Assembly: GCA_963713145.1 (NCBI GenBank)
Contig: CAVQKI010000007.1
Span: 40,435-104,434 of the forward strand
Direction of reading: 5' to 3'
DNA from: an uncultured Thermoplasmata archaeon
Lineage (GTDB): Archaea > Thermoplasmatota > Thermoplasmata > Lutacidiplasmatales > UBA184
Length of the DNA stretch: 64,000 bases
The notes under the pieces are model-generated. The model was not told the DNA's origin. It saw only the letters and a list, made by a program, of their open reading frames with translations, and made no database searches. Below are positions 41,002 to 50,974 of this stretch, in pieces (positions within the stretch are counted from its first letter, which is position 1; each line of letters starts with the position of its first letter). A program made the translations under genes and the position numbers.

Positions 41002-41624
41002 GGGATCTCAACTGCGATGGTCGATCGGCCGGCCCAGACGCGCTGACCCACCTCGACCGAGGGCCGGGCTCGGTCCGACGGGAGGAGGACGTCGACCCGC
41101 GAACCGAGGACGATCATTCCGAACCGTTCCCCCTTGCGCCCGACAGAGCCAACCCGGACGAACGAGACGAGGCGGCGGGCCACGACCCCTGTGATCTGGA
41201 CGATCTCGACCGGCCCGAGCGCCGTCCGGAGCATGTACCGTCGCTGTACGTTTCGGTCCGCGGCGGCTAGGTACGCCGGCCGAAAGCCGGTGCCGCTGGC
41301 CTCGATCGTCTGGACCTCGCCGTCCAGGGGAAGCCGATTCACGTGAACGTTCGTTACGTTCATGAACACGGAGATGCGCCACCGGTCTCCCGCCCGCTCG
41401 ACGGCCCGGACCCGCCCATCGGCCGCGGAAACGATGCCCTCCCCCGGCGACCGTTCGGGGTCCCGGAAGAAGATCAGCAGGAACGTCGTGAGCCCGACGA
41501 GGACCGCCAGGACGGCGACCGAAGCCGGGCCGGGGTGCCACCACCCCAGGACCACGACCGCGAGAACGAGGACGAGGACGATTGAGACCGGCCCGACGAG
41601 CCGCAGGGCTCCCGGGGCGAGCAC
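40998..41624 (-). CDS. psd: Archaetidylserine/phosphatidylserine decarboxylase
   Basis: FFRDPER, SAADG, SVFM..NVHVNR, ARR, GMIVLGSRV pyruvoyl cleavage site. Confidence 0.9.
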   Translation of the reverse strand: MLAPGALRLVGPVSIVLVLVLAVVVLGWWHPGPASVAVLAVLVGLTTFLLIFFRDPERSPGEGIVSAADGRVRAVERAGDRWRISVFMNVTNVHVNRLPLDGEVQTIEASGTGFRPAYLAAADRNVQRRYMLRTALGPVEIVQITGVVARRLVSFVRVGSVGRKGERFGMIVLGSRVDVLLPSDRARPSVEVGQRVWAGRSTIAVEIP

Positions 41625-41628
41625 CCGC

Positions 41629-41940
41629 TCACCCCGTGAGAACGATCTCGATGTTGACGCCGTCCGGGACCTGGATCCGCATGACCTGGCGGAGCGCCCG
41701 TTCGTCGGCGTCGATGTCGATCAGGCGCTTGTGGATCCTCATCTCCCAGTGGTCGATCGTGCTCGTGCCGCCCCCGTCCGGCCCCTTGCGGACCGGGACG
41801 CGGAGCTTCTTCGTCGGGAGCGGTATCGGGCCGGCGATCGCGACTCCCATCTTGGACGAGATCTCCCGGATCATCTTGCAGATCGAGTCGACCTTGCGCG
41901 CGTCGGTCCCGCTCAGCGAGATTCGGGCCTTCTGAACCAT
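41629..41940 (-). CDS. rps10: 30S ribosomal protein uS10
   Basis: [27 protein letters not shown]. Confidence 0.97.
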   Translation of the reverse strand: MVQKARISLSGTDARKVDSICKMIREISSKMGVAIAGPIPLPTKKLRVPVRKGPDGGGTSTIDHWEMRIHKRLIDIDADERALRQVMRIQVPDGVNIEIVLTG

Positions 41941-41983
41941 CGATAGCCCCTTCCGCTGGCCGACCGGTCGCCCGTCCCCGGGC

Positions 41984-43261
41984 TTACTCGCGCTTCTTGA
42001 GGTCGACGACGACGCCGGCGGCGACCGTCTGCCCCATGTCGCGGATCGCGAACCGCCCGAGCTGGGGGAATTCCTTGTACTTCTCGAGCACGAGCGGGCG
42101 CTTCGGGGTGATCTTGACCACCGCGGCGTCGCCCGTCTTCAGGGTCTGAGGGTTCTCCTCGGCCGTCTGGCCGGTCTTGGGGTCGAGGCGCTTCTGGAGC
42201 TCGGTAAACTCGCAGGCGACCTGCGCCGTGTGGCAGTGGAACACCGGCGTGTAGCCGACGGTGATGACGCTCGGGTGGTTGAGCACCTGGACGTTCGCGA
42301 TGAAGCTCTCGACGACGGTCGGGGGCGCCGACGCCGGCCCGGCCACATCGCCGCGGCGGATGTCGTTCTTGTCGATCCCGCGGATGTTGAACCCGATGTT
42401 GTCGCCCGGGATCGCCTCCGTGACCGCCTCGTGGTGCATCTCGATCGACTTCACTTCGCCCGACTTCCCGCTGGGCATGAAGGTGATCTTGTCGCCGATC
42501 TTGAGGGTACCCGTCTCGACGCGGCCGACAGGGACGGTTCCGATACCCGTGATCGTGTAGACGTCCTGCACCGGGAGCCGCAGAGCCTTGCCCGTGGGCT
42601 TCTCGGGAACCTTGAGGTTGTCGAGCGCCTGGAGCAGGGTCGGTCCCTTGAACCAGGGCATGTTCGGGCTGGCCTTGTTGATGTTGTCGTCCTTGAAGGC
42701 GGAGATCGGGACGAAGACGACCTGATCCGCGACCTTGAACCCGACGTTCTTGAGGAGCTTCGTCAGTTCCTCCTTGACCGTGTTGTACTTTGCCTCGGAG
42801 AACGCGACCTCCTGCCGGTCCATCTTGTTGATGGCGCAGATCAACTGCGAGACGCCCAAGGTCCTCGAGAGGAAGATGTGCTCCCGCGTCTGCTCCTGGA
42901 TCCCTTCCGCGGCCGAACAGACGAGCACGGCCGCGTCGGCCTGGCTCGTCCCCGTGATCATGTTCTTGACGAAGTCCCGGTGTCCCGGGGCGTCGATGAT
43001 GGTGAAGTAGTACTTCTGAGTGTCAAAGCGGCGGTGCGCGATGTCGATCGTGACGCCGCGCTCTCGCTCCTCCTTGAGCTCGTCCATCACCCACGCGAAC
43101 TCGAACGTAGCCTTCCCCTTCGATTCCGCCTCCGCGCGGAACTTGTCGATCTCTTCCTGGCGGATGTTCCCCGTATCGAGCAGGATACGGCCGACCGTCG
43201 TCGACTTACCGTGATCGACGTGGCCGATGAAGACGACGTTCAGATGCGGCTTCTGCGCCAT
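41984..43261 (-). CDS. tuf: Translation elongation factor aEF-1alpha
   Basis: [39 protein letters not shown]. Confidence 0.98.
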   Translation of the reverse strand: MAQKPHLNVVFIGHVDHGKSTTVGRILLDTGNIRQEEIDKFRAEAESKGKATFEFAWVMDELKEERERGVTIDIAHRRFDTQKYYFTIIDAPGHRDFVKNMITGTSQADAAVLVCSAAEGIQEQTREHIFLSRTLGVSQLICAINKMDRQEVAFSEAKYNTVKEELTKLLKNVGFKVADQVVFVPISAFKDDNINKASPNMPWFKGPTLLQALDNLKVPEKPTGKALRLPVQDVYTITGIGTVPVGRVETGTLKIGDKITFMPSGKSGEVKSIEMHHEAVTEAIPGDNIGFNIRGIDKNDIRRGDVAGPASAPPTVVESFIANVQVLNHPSVITVGYTPVFHCHTAQVACEFTELQKRLDPKTGQTAEENPQTLKTGDAAVVKITPKRPLVLEKYKEFPQLGRFAIRDMGQTVAAGVVVDLKKRE

Positions 43262-43452
43262 TGGGTGTGGCTCCGGGCGCGCCCAAAAGGTACCCCTATT
43301 TAGGCATTGTCGCGCCGCACCGGCGAGAAAAACCCCTCGAATCCTCGTCAGGCGGCTTACCCGCGCCAGCCCTATGCCTGCGGTCCGGCTGACGGTGTGA
43401 CGGTGATACCGTGCTAGCCAGGCCGGGCGAGGGAAGGTCGCCGGCGCGGTCG

Positions 43453-44019
43453 ATGCGCTGGCCGCCGCCTCCCCCCGGGCGAGTCCGCTGGGCCTGGCTT
43501 CTCGAACTGGGCTGGAGGCAGCGGCGCGTCCGGAAGCTTCTCACGATGCTGGACGGGCGGTACCCTCGAGGAGGGCTCCTGCTGGACGTCGGCGGAGGCA
43601 CGGGCGTGGGTGCGCGCCTCGCAGTGGAGCGGTCCCCACCCGGTGCGTTCCGGCGACCGGTGATCGTGGACGCGCAGAAGGGCATGCTCGCCCTGGCGGC
43701 CGCCCATCGCGTCCCCGCGGAGCTCGTGTGTGGCGACGCGGCCCGCCTGCCTATCGGTGAACGGGCCGTCGACGTCCTGCTGTCCCTCGGTGTGCTCTGT
43801 TGCCTCGCGCCCGAGGCGGTGCCCGCCGCGGTACAGGAGTCCTGGCGGGTCCTCCGACCGGGGGGTTTGGCGGTCGTCGCATTGCCTCGATGGCGAGGGG
43901 ACGACGATTCGCCGATCTTCCGATCTCGGGGCTTCCGTGAGGTCACCCACCTCCGCCCGGGGTGGACCCTCTTCGAGCGTCCGCCGGGCGACCCGTCCGA
44001 GGAGACCGAGAGCCGCTAG
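43453..44019 (+). CDS. Class I SAM-dependent methyltransferase
   Basis: [23 protein letters not shown]. Confidence 0.8.
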   Translation: MRWPPPPPGRVRWAWLLELGWRQRRVRKLLTMLDGRYPRGGLLLDVGGGTGVGARLAVERSPPGAFRRPVIVDAQKGMLALAAAHRVPAELVCGDAARLPIGERAVDVLLSLGVLCCLAPEAVPAAVQESWRVLRPGGLAVVALPRWRGDDDSPIFRSRGFREVTHLRPGWTLFERPPGDPSEETESR

Positions 44020-44438
44020 GCTTCGGGCGCGAGCCAGAGCTCGTTCCCGTCCGGGTCCCGAACACCCGCGTACCAGCCCCACGATTCCTTGACCGGCCCT
44101 ACGAAGAACGTGACCCCGTTCGACTTGAGCGCCGCGCACGACGTCTCAAAATCCCCGCCGAGCCGGAGCATGACGCCAGAATTCCCGGGCTCGAGTTCGC
44201 CCTTCGGGTCGTAGTCCAGGTTCCGGCAGAGGTGGATCTCCCCCTCGTGGCCCTTGCGCCCGACGGTGATCCAGTGATCCTCAGAGGTGGTCAGGTCGAG
44301 GCCCAGCTTTTCCGTGTACCACTCCACGGCCTTCTTCCGATCCGAGACGACCAGCGCGATGCTTGCGAACACCGGCCGAGACGTCTTCGCTTTCGCCTTT
44401 CTTTTCGCGGGCGCCCTTGATTTCTTGGAGGTTGGCAT
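44016..44438 (-). CDS. VOC/glyoxalase family protein
   Basis: IALVVSD...AVEWY...LGL, WG....RDPDGN. Confidence 0.88.
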   Translation of the reverse strand: MPTSKKSRAPAKRKAKAKTSRPVFASIALVVSDRKKAVEWYTEKLGLDLTTSEDHWITVGRKGHEGEIHLCRNLDYDPKGELEPGNSGVMLRLGGDFETSCAALKSNGVTFFVGPVKESWGWYAGVRDPDGNELWLAPEA

Positions 44439-44603
44439 ACCTACCTTCGCTCCCCTATGGCCGCGCCACTCTTGACAGGGCCGGCGGGATGGCGCAACGC
44501 TCCCGCGGCCTCCGTTCCAAACCGCGGCCCCGGCGCACCGCCCTGCCACAAGCGATTTAGGAGGTCGGCCCCTCCGCCTCCATCGGCTTCTGGGTCATTC
44601 CGC

Positions 44604-45086
44604 GTGAACGAGACCTCGCCCGGTACGGTCGACTCGAGCCGCGCGTCGGTCGTCCGACTCATGGTCCCGACCGACGCGAACTTCGCGGGCGCCGTCTTCG
44701 GCGGGGCGATCCTTTCCGAGATCGACCGCGCGGCGTACATCACGGCCTCTCGCCACGCGAAGGCATCCTGCGTCACGGCGTCGTTCGACCGGGTCGACTT
44801 CCTCCAGCCGGTCCGGATAGGTGAAGTGGTCGATTTCAGCGCCCAGCTCACGTACGTGGGACGGACGTCGATGGAGGTCTGGGTGAGCGTTTTCGCGGAG
44901 TCGCTCGCGGGAGGCCCACTGCGACGCGTGGGCGATGCGTTCGTCACGATGGTCGCGGTCGATCATTCCGGCCACCCTATCCCCGTGCCCCCCCTCGTGC
45001 TCGTGTCCGACGCGGACCGTCGTCGATTCGAGGAGGGCCGCCGGAGGATGGAAGCCCGCCGTCAGTCCCGCCAGAAACCGAGGTGA
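44604..45086 (+). CDS. Acyl-CoA thioesterase (YciA-like hotdog fold)
   Basis: PTDANFAGAVFGG, VTAS.D.VDF..P, VGRTSMEV, TMVAVD. Confidence 0.9.
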   Translation: MNETSPGTVDSSRASVVRLMVPTDANFAGAVFGGAILSEIDRAAYITASRHAKASCVTASFDRVDFLQPVRIGEVVDFSAQLTYVGRTSMEVWVSVFAESLAGGPLRRVGDAFVTMVAVDHSGHPIPVPPLVLVSDADRRRFEEGRRRMEARRQSRQKPR

Positions 45087-45091
45087 ATCGG

Positions 45092-45562
45092 ATGCTTTGC
45101 GAAATGTGTGGCAAGGATGTCGAAACGACCAGCCGAGTGCGCCTCGAGAGAACGGTTCTTGGGCTTTGTCCCGACTGCGCAAAGTTCGGAACTCCGGTCG
45201 ACCCGCCTCCACCCGCGCCGGCGGAGGAAGGCTCGCCGGTCACGTCCCGGAGCCACAGCGGGGGCGCGGTGGTTACCGCCACGCGTCCGGAAGGCCGTCC
45301 GCGACGGCTGGAGGAACGGGACCTCTACCAGGAGATCGGGGAGCTCGAGCTCGCCCCGGACTGGGGCCGCAAGGTCCGTATCGCGCGCGAGACGCTCGGC
45401 TGGAATCCCGAGGAGCTCGGGAAGAAGCTCAACGAGAAGAAATCAGTGGTCTTGAAGATCGAGTCCGGCACGATGCATCCCCCGGACGCGCTCGTCCGGA
45501 AGCTCGAGCATTTGCTCAAGGTCCGGCTTCGGGCATCCCCCGAGACGACGGCTCAGAGCTGA
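45092..45562 (+). CDS. Archaeal multiprotein bridging factor aMBF1
   Basis: CEMCG...CPDC Zn ribbon plus HTH (ARE..G...EELG..LNEK.S...KIESG); GAGGTGA RBS. Confidence 0.9.
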   Translation: MLCEMCGKDVETTSRVRLERTVLGLCPDCAKFGTPVDPPPPAPAEEGSPVTSRSHSGGAVVTATRPEGRPRRLEERDLYQEIGELELAPDWGRKVRIARETLGWNPEELGKKLNEKKSVVLKIESGTMHPPDALVRKLEHLLKVRLRASPETTAQS

Positions 45563-45946
45563 GTCGGCGGTCGATCCCGCGGGAGCGTGCCCGCGATCGG
45601 GTGCCTTCGACTGTGCGGTGAGCGCCCCGTCGGTCTCCCGACCTCCCGCTCTAGCCCGACCTCGCTCCCCACTTCCACTCTGACGAATCCGGAAGCCGCG
45701 GCCCCGGTTCGCACCGTCCGGAGGTCCTGGTCGTACTCGCGCAGGAGTCGGTCCCCCCACCCCAGGTAGACCGCCCCAGTCCCGGCCAGGCCGGCGATCG
45801 CCGCGGCGGGCGCAGCCGTACCGGGGGCTGAGGAGCGCGAGGCTGATCAGTGCGCCGCCCGTGCCCGTCAACGCTCCAAGAGCCCGCCAGATCGCCCGGT
45901 GGGCCCGTCGGTCACGGTGCGAGTAGGGGCTCGGACGGTCTTCCAT
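45553..45946 (-). CDS. Small two-TM hypothetical protein (indel near 45818)
   Basis: MEDRPSPY...GALISLALLSPRY continuing in the next frame as AAIAGLAGTGAVYLGWGDRLLREYD. Confidence 0.4.
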
Positions 45947-45985
45947 CTCTCGGATCGCCCCGACCGGCCCGGGCGGCGCCGTCGC

Positions 45986-46927
45986 TCACGAGGCGGAGAG
46001 GAGGCGCTCGAGGATCGCCTTGGTGGCGTGCAGGCGATTCTCGGCCTGGTCCCACGCGGCGGACCGCGGCCCATCCAGGACGGCGTCGGTGATCTCCTGA
46101 CCCCGGTGGGCGGGCAGGTCGTGTAGCACGAACGCTTCCGGCGACGCACGGTCGAGCAGGGCCTCGCTGATCTGGTAGCCTCGGAACGCGGTCTCCCGCG
46201 CGGCTTTCGCGTCCTCGTCGCCCATCGAGACCCAGACGTCCGTGTAGAGGGCGTCCGCGCCCTTCGCCGCCTCCGAGGGCGACGCCACGAACGACAGCGC
46301 CGCGCCCGTCCGGGTCGCGTACCATCGAGCGGCGGCGACCGCTTCCTCGGGAGGCCGATAGCCCTTCGGGATCGCGGCCGTAAGATCGAGCCCGACCGCG
46401 GCCGCGCCTATCATCAGCGAACGGAACACGTTGTTCCCGTCCCCGATCCATGCGAGCCGCCTTTCCCCGAACCGGCCCTTCCAGCGTTCCCGCATCGTGA
46501 GCAGGTCGGCTACGATCTGGCACGGGTGCTCGGCGTCGTCCAGGGCGTTGATCACGGGGACGGTCGCCCACTTCGCGAGCTCCACCATCGACGTATGACG
46601 GAACGCTCGGTAGCAGACGCCGTCCACGAACCGAGAGAGGACGCGCGCGGTGTCCGCGATCGTCTCGCCCCGGCCGAGCTGCAGGTCGTTCGCGGAGAGG
46701 TAGAGCGCGTGCCCGCCGAGGTCGTTCATGGCGACCTCGAACGATGTCCGCGTGCGGGTCGACGGCTTCTCGAAGATCATCGCCAGGTTCCGTCCCCGAA
46801 GCGTGGTTCGCTGGCGGGTCCGCTTTCTCCCGGCCTTGAGATGGGCCGCCTGGGCCAGGAGCGAGGGGAGGTCGGCCGCGACATCGGCGAGAGAAACGAG
46901 GTCCTTCTTGGCCGCCCGTCGCGCCAT
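45986..46927 (-). CDS. argF: Ornithine carbamoyltransferase
   Basis: FEKPSTRTR, HPCQ, GDGNN, YTDVWVSMG, HDLP, QAENR. Confidence 0.93.
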   Translation of the reverse strand: MARRAAKKDLVSLADVAADLPSLLAQAAHLKAGRKRTRQRTTLRGRNLAMIFEKPSTRTRTSFEVAMNDLGGHALYLSANDLQLGRGETIADTARVLSRFVDGVCYRAFRHTSMVELAKWATVPVINALDDAEHPCQIVADLLTMRERWKGRFGERRLAWIGDGNNVFRSLMIGAAAVGLDLTAAIPKGYRPPEEAVAAARWYATRTGAALSFVASPSEAAKGADALYTDVWVSMGDEDAKAARETAFRGYQISEALLDRASPEAFVLHDLPAHRGQEITDAVLDGPRSAAWDQAENRLHATKAILERLLSAS

Positions 46928-47034
46928 CGACCGGAGAAGCGGTCCCGCGGTGAAAAGCCTGCTCCCTCCGACCCCGGGCCGGATCCGGCCGAACGTTAAG
47001 ACCCGGGCCTTGCTGCGCCGCGCGAGGCACAGAA

Positions 47035-48457
47035 ATGCCGGCACGTCCCCGTAGGAGCGCGCGCCGCCCGCCGGCGCGCGCGCCCAGGAAGAAGAGTCGC
47101 CCGTCGCGCGGACGCAAGGTCTACATGGTCACGGGTGGCGTGACGAAGTTCGCGAAGGCCCATCCGGCGATGGACTTCCGCCTGATGGTCAAGCGCGCGT
47201 ACGACTACGCCCTGAAGGGGATCCCGAACCTCACGAAGGACCGGATCGACGGGACCCGGATCGCCTACTTCTCTGACCACTTCTCGCGCCAGCTGAAGGC
47301 CGCCAGCATGGTCCAGGACTACCTCGGCATGAACCCGAAGGGATCGGTCCGGATCGAGTGGGGCGGCGCGACCGGCGGCGAATGCTTCCAGGCCGCGTAC
47401 GAGGCGGTCGCGAGCGGACGGATGGACGTCTGCCTGGCGGCAGGGTTCGAGACGATGAGCCGCGTCGCCACGTGGAAGGGAAACGAGTTCATCGCCCTCG
47501 CCTCGGACACGAACTTCGACTTCCCGCTCGGTGGGTTCTACACGGGCTACTACGCCCTGATGGTCATGCGCCACATCTACGAGTACCTGCGGCTCGGCAA
47601 GTTCGGCCACGTGACGGACGAGCGCGAGGCCCAGCGCCTCGCGATCGCGGAGGGCCAGCGGGTGATGAGCTGGTCTCGGTGAAGAACCACCGGAACGCGC
47701 TCCACAACCCGTATGCGCAGTACCCGAAGCGTCTGACGGTCCAGGATGTCCTCTCCTCCGAGATGATCTCCTACCCGCTCATGCGCGAACAAATCTGCAC
47801 GATGTCGGACGGCGCCGCGGTCGCGATCCTATGCGACGAGACGCGCGCCCGCGAGTTCTCGGACAAACCGGTCCGGATCGCGGGCGTAGGCTGCGGGACG
47901 GACACGATGCGTCTCGCGGACCGCCCGTTCGGGAAGGTCCCGCTCTTCCCCCACGAGAAGGCGAGTGACTACGCGAAGCTCCCGTATCCGGGCGTCCATT
48001 CCTTCCGCGCCGGGCGTGCGGCCGGGCTCGAGGCGTACCGGATGGCCGGGCTCACCGACCCTCGGAAGGAGCTCGACTTCATCGAGCTCCACGACGCCTA
48101 CGCGTCCAGCGAGATCCAGACGTACGAGGACCTCGGCCTGTGCAGGTACGGCGAGGGGTACGACTTCACGCTCTCGGGCGCGCCGTTCCTCAAGAACGTC
48201 GACTACGGCCTGGAGGTCCGCGACGCCGGCAAGATCCCGGTCAACCCCTCGGGCGGGCTCGATCGCCTGCGGCCACCCGGTCGGAGCGACCGGCCTCATG
48301 CAGGGCGTGTTCGCCTTCTGGCAGCTCCAGGGCGCCATCCGTCGGCATTTCGGCGACGGAACGCTGCAGATCAAGGACGCACGAGCGCGGGGCGATCCAC
48401 AGCCACGCGGGGACCGGATCGGCCGTGACCGTCTCGATCCTGGAGAAGGGGTGGTGA
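47035..48457 (+). CDS. Thiolase-fold protein lacking the nucleophilic Cys (3 indels)
   Basis: EWGGATGG in place of ExACASG; VKNH.NA..NP.AQ, SDGAA, ELHDAY, NPSGG, GHPVGATG. Confidence 0.85.
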
Positions 48458-48459
48458 CG

Positions 48460-48987
48460 ATGGCGCGTCCGAAGGTCTTCGAGCATTTCCGGGAGGTTCA
48501 GGAGGAGCTGTCCAAGACGGGGGCCGCGATCTTCCGCGACAAGGACTCGGTCGAGAGCCTGATCATCGAGGACCCGTACTCGATCAAGTACATCCACAGC
48601 TACGCCGAGGATTCCCCGTTCTTCCTGGCGCTGGCCGAGGGCCGGCTCCTCGGCTCGCGCTGCAGCAACCCGCGCTGCAAGTTCGTGTTCGCGACGCCCC
48701 GCTCGCACTGCATGGTCTGCGGCCGAGCGACGGAATGGACCGAACTTCCGAAGGTCGGCCGGGTCCACTCCTGGACGACGTGCCACTACGGCGGCGAGGC
48801 GTTCTTGAAGGACACGCCCTACAACCTCGCGATGATCGAGTTCGAGGGGGCCGACAGTCTCCTCCTCGCTCGTCTCAAGGACGCGGTCGAGTCGGAGCTC
48901 TACGTCGGCATGCCGGTCGAGGCCCGCTTCGCGGAGGCCGCGCGCTACAGGATCACTGACGTCTGGTTCGTCCCGGCGAAGACCTAG
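48460..48987 (+). CDS. DUF35 Zn-ribbon/OB-fold protein
   Basis: FF..L.EG.LLGSRC...C...PRSHC..C, G.V.SWT, GM.V.ARF; directly after the thiolase-fold gene. Confidence 0.88.
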   Translation: MARPKVFEHFREVQEELSKTGAAIFRDKDSVESLIIEDPYSIKYIHSYAEDSPFFLALAEGRLLGSRCSNPRCKFVFATPRSHCMVCGRATEWTELPKVGRVHSWTTCHYGGEAFLKDTPYNLAMIEFEGADSLLLARLKDAVESELYVGMPVEARFAEAARYRITDVWFVPAKT

Positions 48988-49553
48988 CGGCCCGGTTCGT
49001 CGAGGGGCGTAAGCCCCGCGAGGGCGAGGATGTCGCCGTGGCCGCGCGCGAACGACGACCGCGGCGTCCTGGACACGTCCACGAACTGGAGTTCCTGCCA
49101 GAGACGCCCTCGGGACCGGGCCGGGTCCCCACCCGGCCACTCGGCGCGACTGACGAAATGGAAGTCCCAGTGCGGGTCGCGCGACCCGCCCGCCTCCCGA
49201 CCGTACGCCTCGGAGAAGACCTGAGGCGGTGCGATCCCGAGGGTCGGAAGCCCGAGCTGCTCGGAGGCGATCCGTCGTGCCGCGGCCGTCGGGTCCTCGA
49301 AGAACAGCAGCTGGCACGCCGGTAGCACCCAGCGTCCCTGGAACGTCGCGATGCGCTCCGGGTCCACCGCCGCGGTCTCGGACCACGGCCCCTTCGGGTC
49401 CATCCGGCCTACGAGCGCCTCGTGGGGCATGCCAACAGGGTGCACGAGGAGGAAGGACGAGAGGCAGAGCCCGTCATCGGGCAGACGGAAGATGCCAGGG
49501 CGTCCCGAGAGCGGCTCGGCCCGGAACCGGGCCAAGCGACGAGGCTCGCTCAC
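48984..49553 (-). CDS. Degenerate NUDIX-fold protein
   Basis: WVLPACQLLFFEDPTAAARRIASEQLGL resembles a Nudix box without the canonical G and RE..EE. Confidence 0.6.
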   Translation of the reverse strand: MSEPRRLARFRAEPLSGRPGIFRLPDDGLCLSSFLLVHPVGMPHEALVGRMDPKGPWSETAAVDPERIATFQGRWVLPACQLLFFEDPTAAARRIASEQLGLPTLGIAPPQVFSEAYGREAGGSRDPHWDFHFVSRAEWPGGDPARSRGRLWQELQFVDVSRTPRSSFARGHGDILALAGLTPLDEPGR

Positions 49554-49669
49554 GGGACCTCCCATTGGGGGGCACCAGATGAACGTTGCCGGGAAACCGG
49601 GCGTGCTCTTGGCCTTCGCGTCGGGCGCGGCTTCCGGGACTATAAACGGGGCCGTGCGTCGGCCTTTTC

Positions 49670-50623
49670 GTGCGCGTGTCGAAGCGGCTGGAATCCTGGC
49701 TTCTCGACGGAGCCGACCCGAGCGTACGGTACCGGGTGCTGACCGAACTGCTGGGCCGCCCTCCGCGCGACCCCGCCGTGGTTCGCGCGCGGAAGGAGAT
49801 CGGAAAGGTCGGCTGGGCCGCCCGGATGCTCCAAGAGCAGCACCCCGGCGGACAGTGGGACACACCCGGCTCGTCGGGCCGAGAGCTCTACCGTCCCAAG
49901 TACATCGCCACGAACTGGAGGCTTCTGGTCCTCTCCGACCTCGGGGTCTCGGGCGCGGACCCGCGCGTGGCGAAGGCCCTCGCTCTGTTCCTTCGGGTCA
50001 TGGGCGGACCGAAGGGAGGTTTTGGCGGGAAGGGCAGCGAGGTCTGCTTCACCGGCAACGCGGCCCGGATGCTCGGCAAGTTCGGCCGGACGGACGAACC
50101 CGCCCTCCGCTCCTCTCTCGACTGGCTCGTGCGTCACCAGAAGAAGGACGGCGGTTGGCATTGCTTCCGATCACGCAGCGGGACTCTCGACGGCTGGGAA
50201 GCCCTGAGCGCCTTCGCCGTGCTTCCACCGGAGCTGAGGACGCCGGCAATCGGCCGTTCGATCGCCCGGGGGGCCGAGTTCTACCTCGACCGGGGCCTCC
50301 TTCGGGAGGGGCGGGCTCCCTACGCTCCGTGGCTGCGGCTCCACTTCCCCGCCCACTACTACTACGACTACTTGGTCGGGCTCGACTTCCTCACGGCCCT
50401 CGGCTACGGGGACGACCCGCGGATGCGCCCCGCCCTCGACAGGCTGGAGAAGCGGCGGAACCCCGACGGGAGCTGGGACATGGACGCCCTCCACCCCGAC
50501 TCGGAGGACCCGGACTACCGCCCGCCGGGACCGATGTACCCGATGTGGTTCGAAGCGCCCGGCCGCCCGAGCCGTTGGATCACGACCACCGCTCTGCGGG
50601 TCCTCGATCGCGCCGGCCGCTGA
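49670..50623 (+). CDS. Prenyltransferase/squalene-cyclase-repeat (alpha/alpha toroid) protein of unknown function
   Basis: QW-like repeats QHPGGQW, HQKKDGGW, RRNPDGSW; LHFP..Y.YD, SRWIT; TATAAA at 49641. Confidence 0.75.
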   Translation: MRVSKRLESWLLDGADPSVRYRVLTELLGRPPRDPAVVRARKEIGKVGWAARMLQEQHPGGQWDTPGSSGRELYRPKYIATNWRLLVLSDLGVSGADPRVAKALALFLRVMGGPKGGFGGKGSEVCFTGNAARMLGKFGRTDEPALRSSLDWLVRHQKKDGGWHCFRSRSGTLDGWEALSAFAVLPPELRTPAIGRSIARGAEFYLDRGLLREGRAPYAPWLRLHFPAHYYYDYLVGLDFLTALGYGDDPRMRPALDRLEKRRNPDGSWDMDALHPDSEDPDYRPPGPMYPMWFEAPGRPSRWITTTALRVLDRAGR

Positions 50624-50709
50624 ACCCTGCGTCGCGCAAGGGTCGGCCCGTCACGGTGAACGGGCCGGATCCGGTCTCGGTCGGTCCGAACGGATCAGCA
50701 GAGGGGAGG

Positions 50710-50783
50710 TGCCGCGGGCCGGGCTTGAACCGGCGGCTTCAAGATCTTCAGTCTTGCACTCTCCCAAACTGAGTTACCGCGGC
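50710..50783 (-). tRNA. tRNA-Phe (GAA), intronless, CCA not fully encoded
   Basis: Reverse complement GCCGCGG...CAAGA-CTGAAGA-TCTTG...GGTTCAAGCC...CCGCGGC-A folds as a cloverleaf; TTTATAG box about 26 nt upstream. Confidence 0.96.
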
Positions 50784-50974
50784 GCCGAGCGAGGGGACCG
50801 TCCGGCTGCTATAAAGGATGGTCGCGGATTCGATGCTCGGCCGCATCCGGGGGTCTGCGAGGCTCGGCCGCCCCGGTCGGCGCCGGCCGAACGCGCGCGC
50901 ACACGTTCAAGGACCGCCGGGGACGCCGGCCGTCCCGTTCCTTTATTTACGACGGGCCGCCTCGACGCTGCCAC

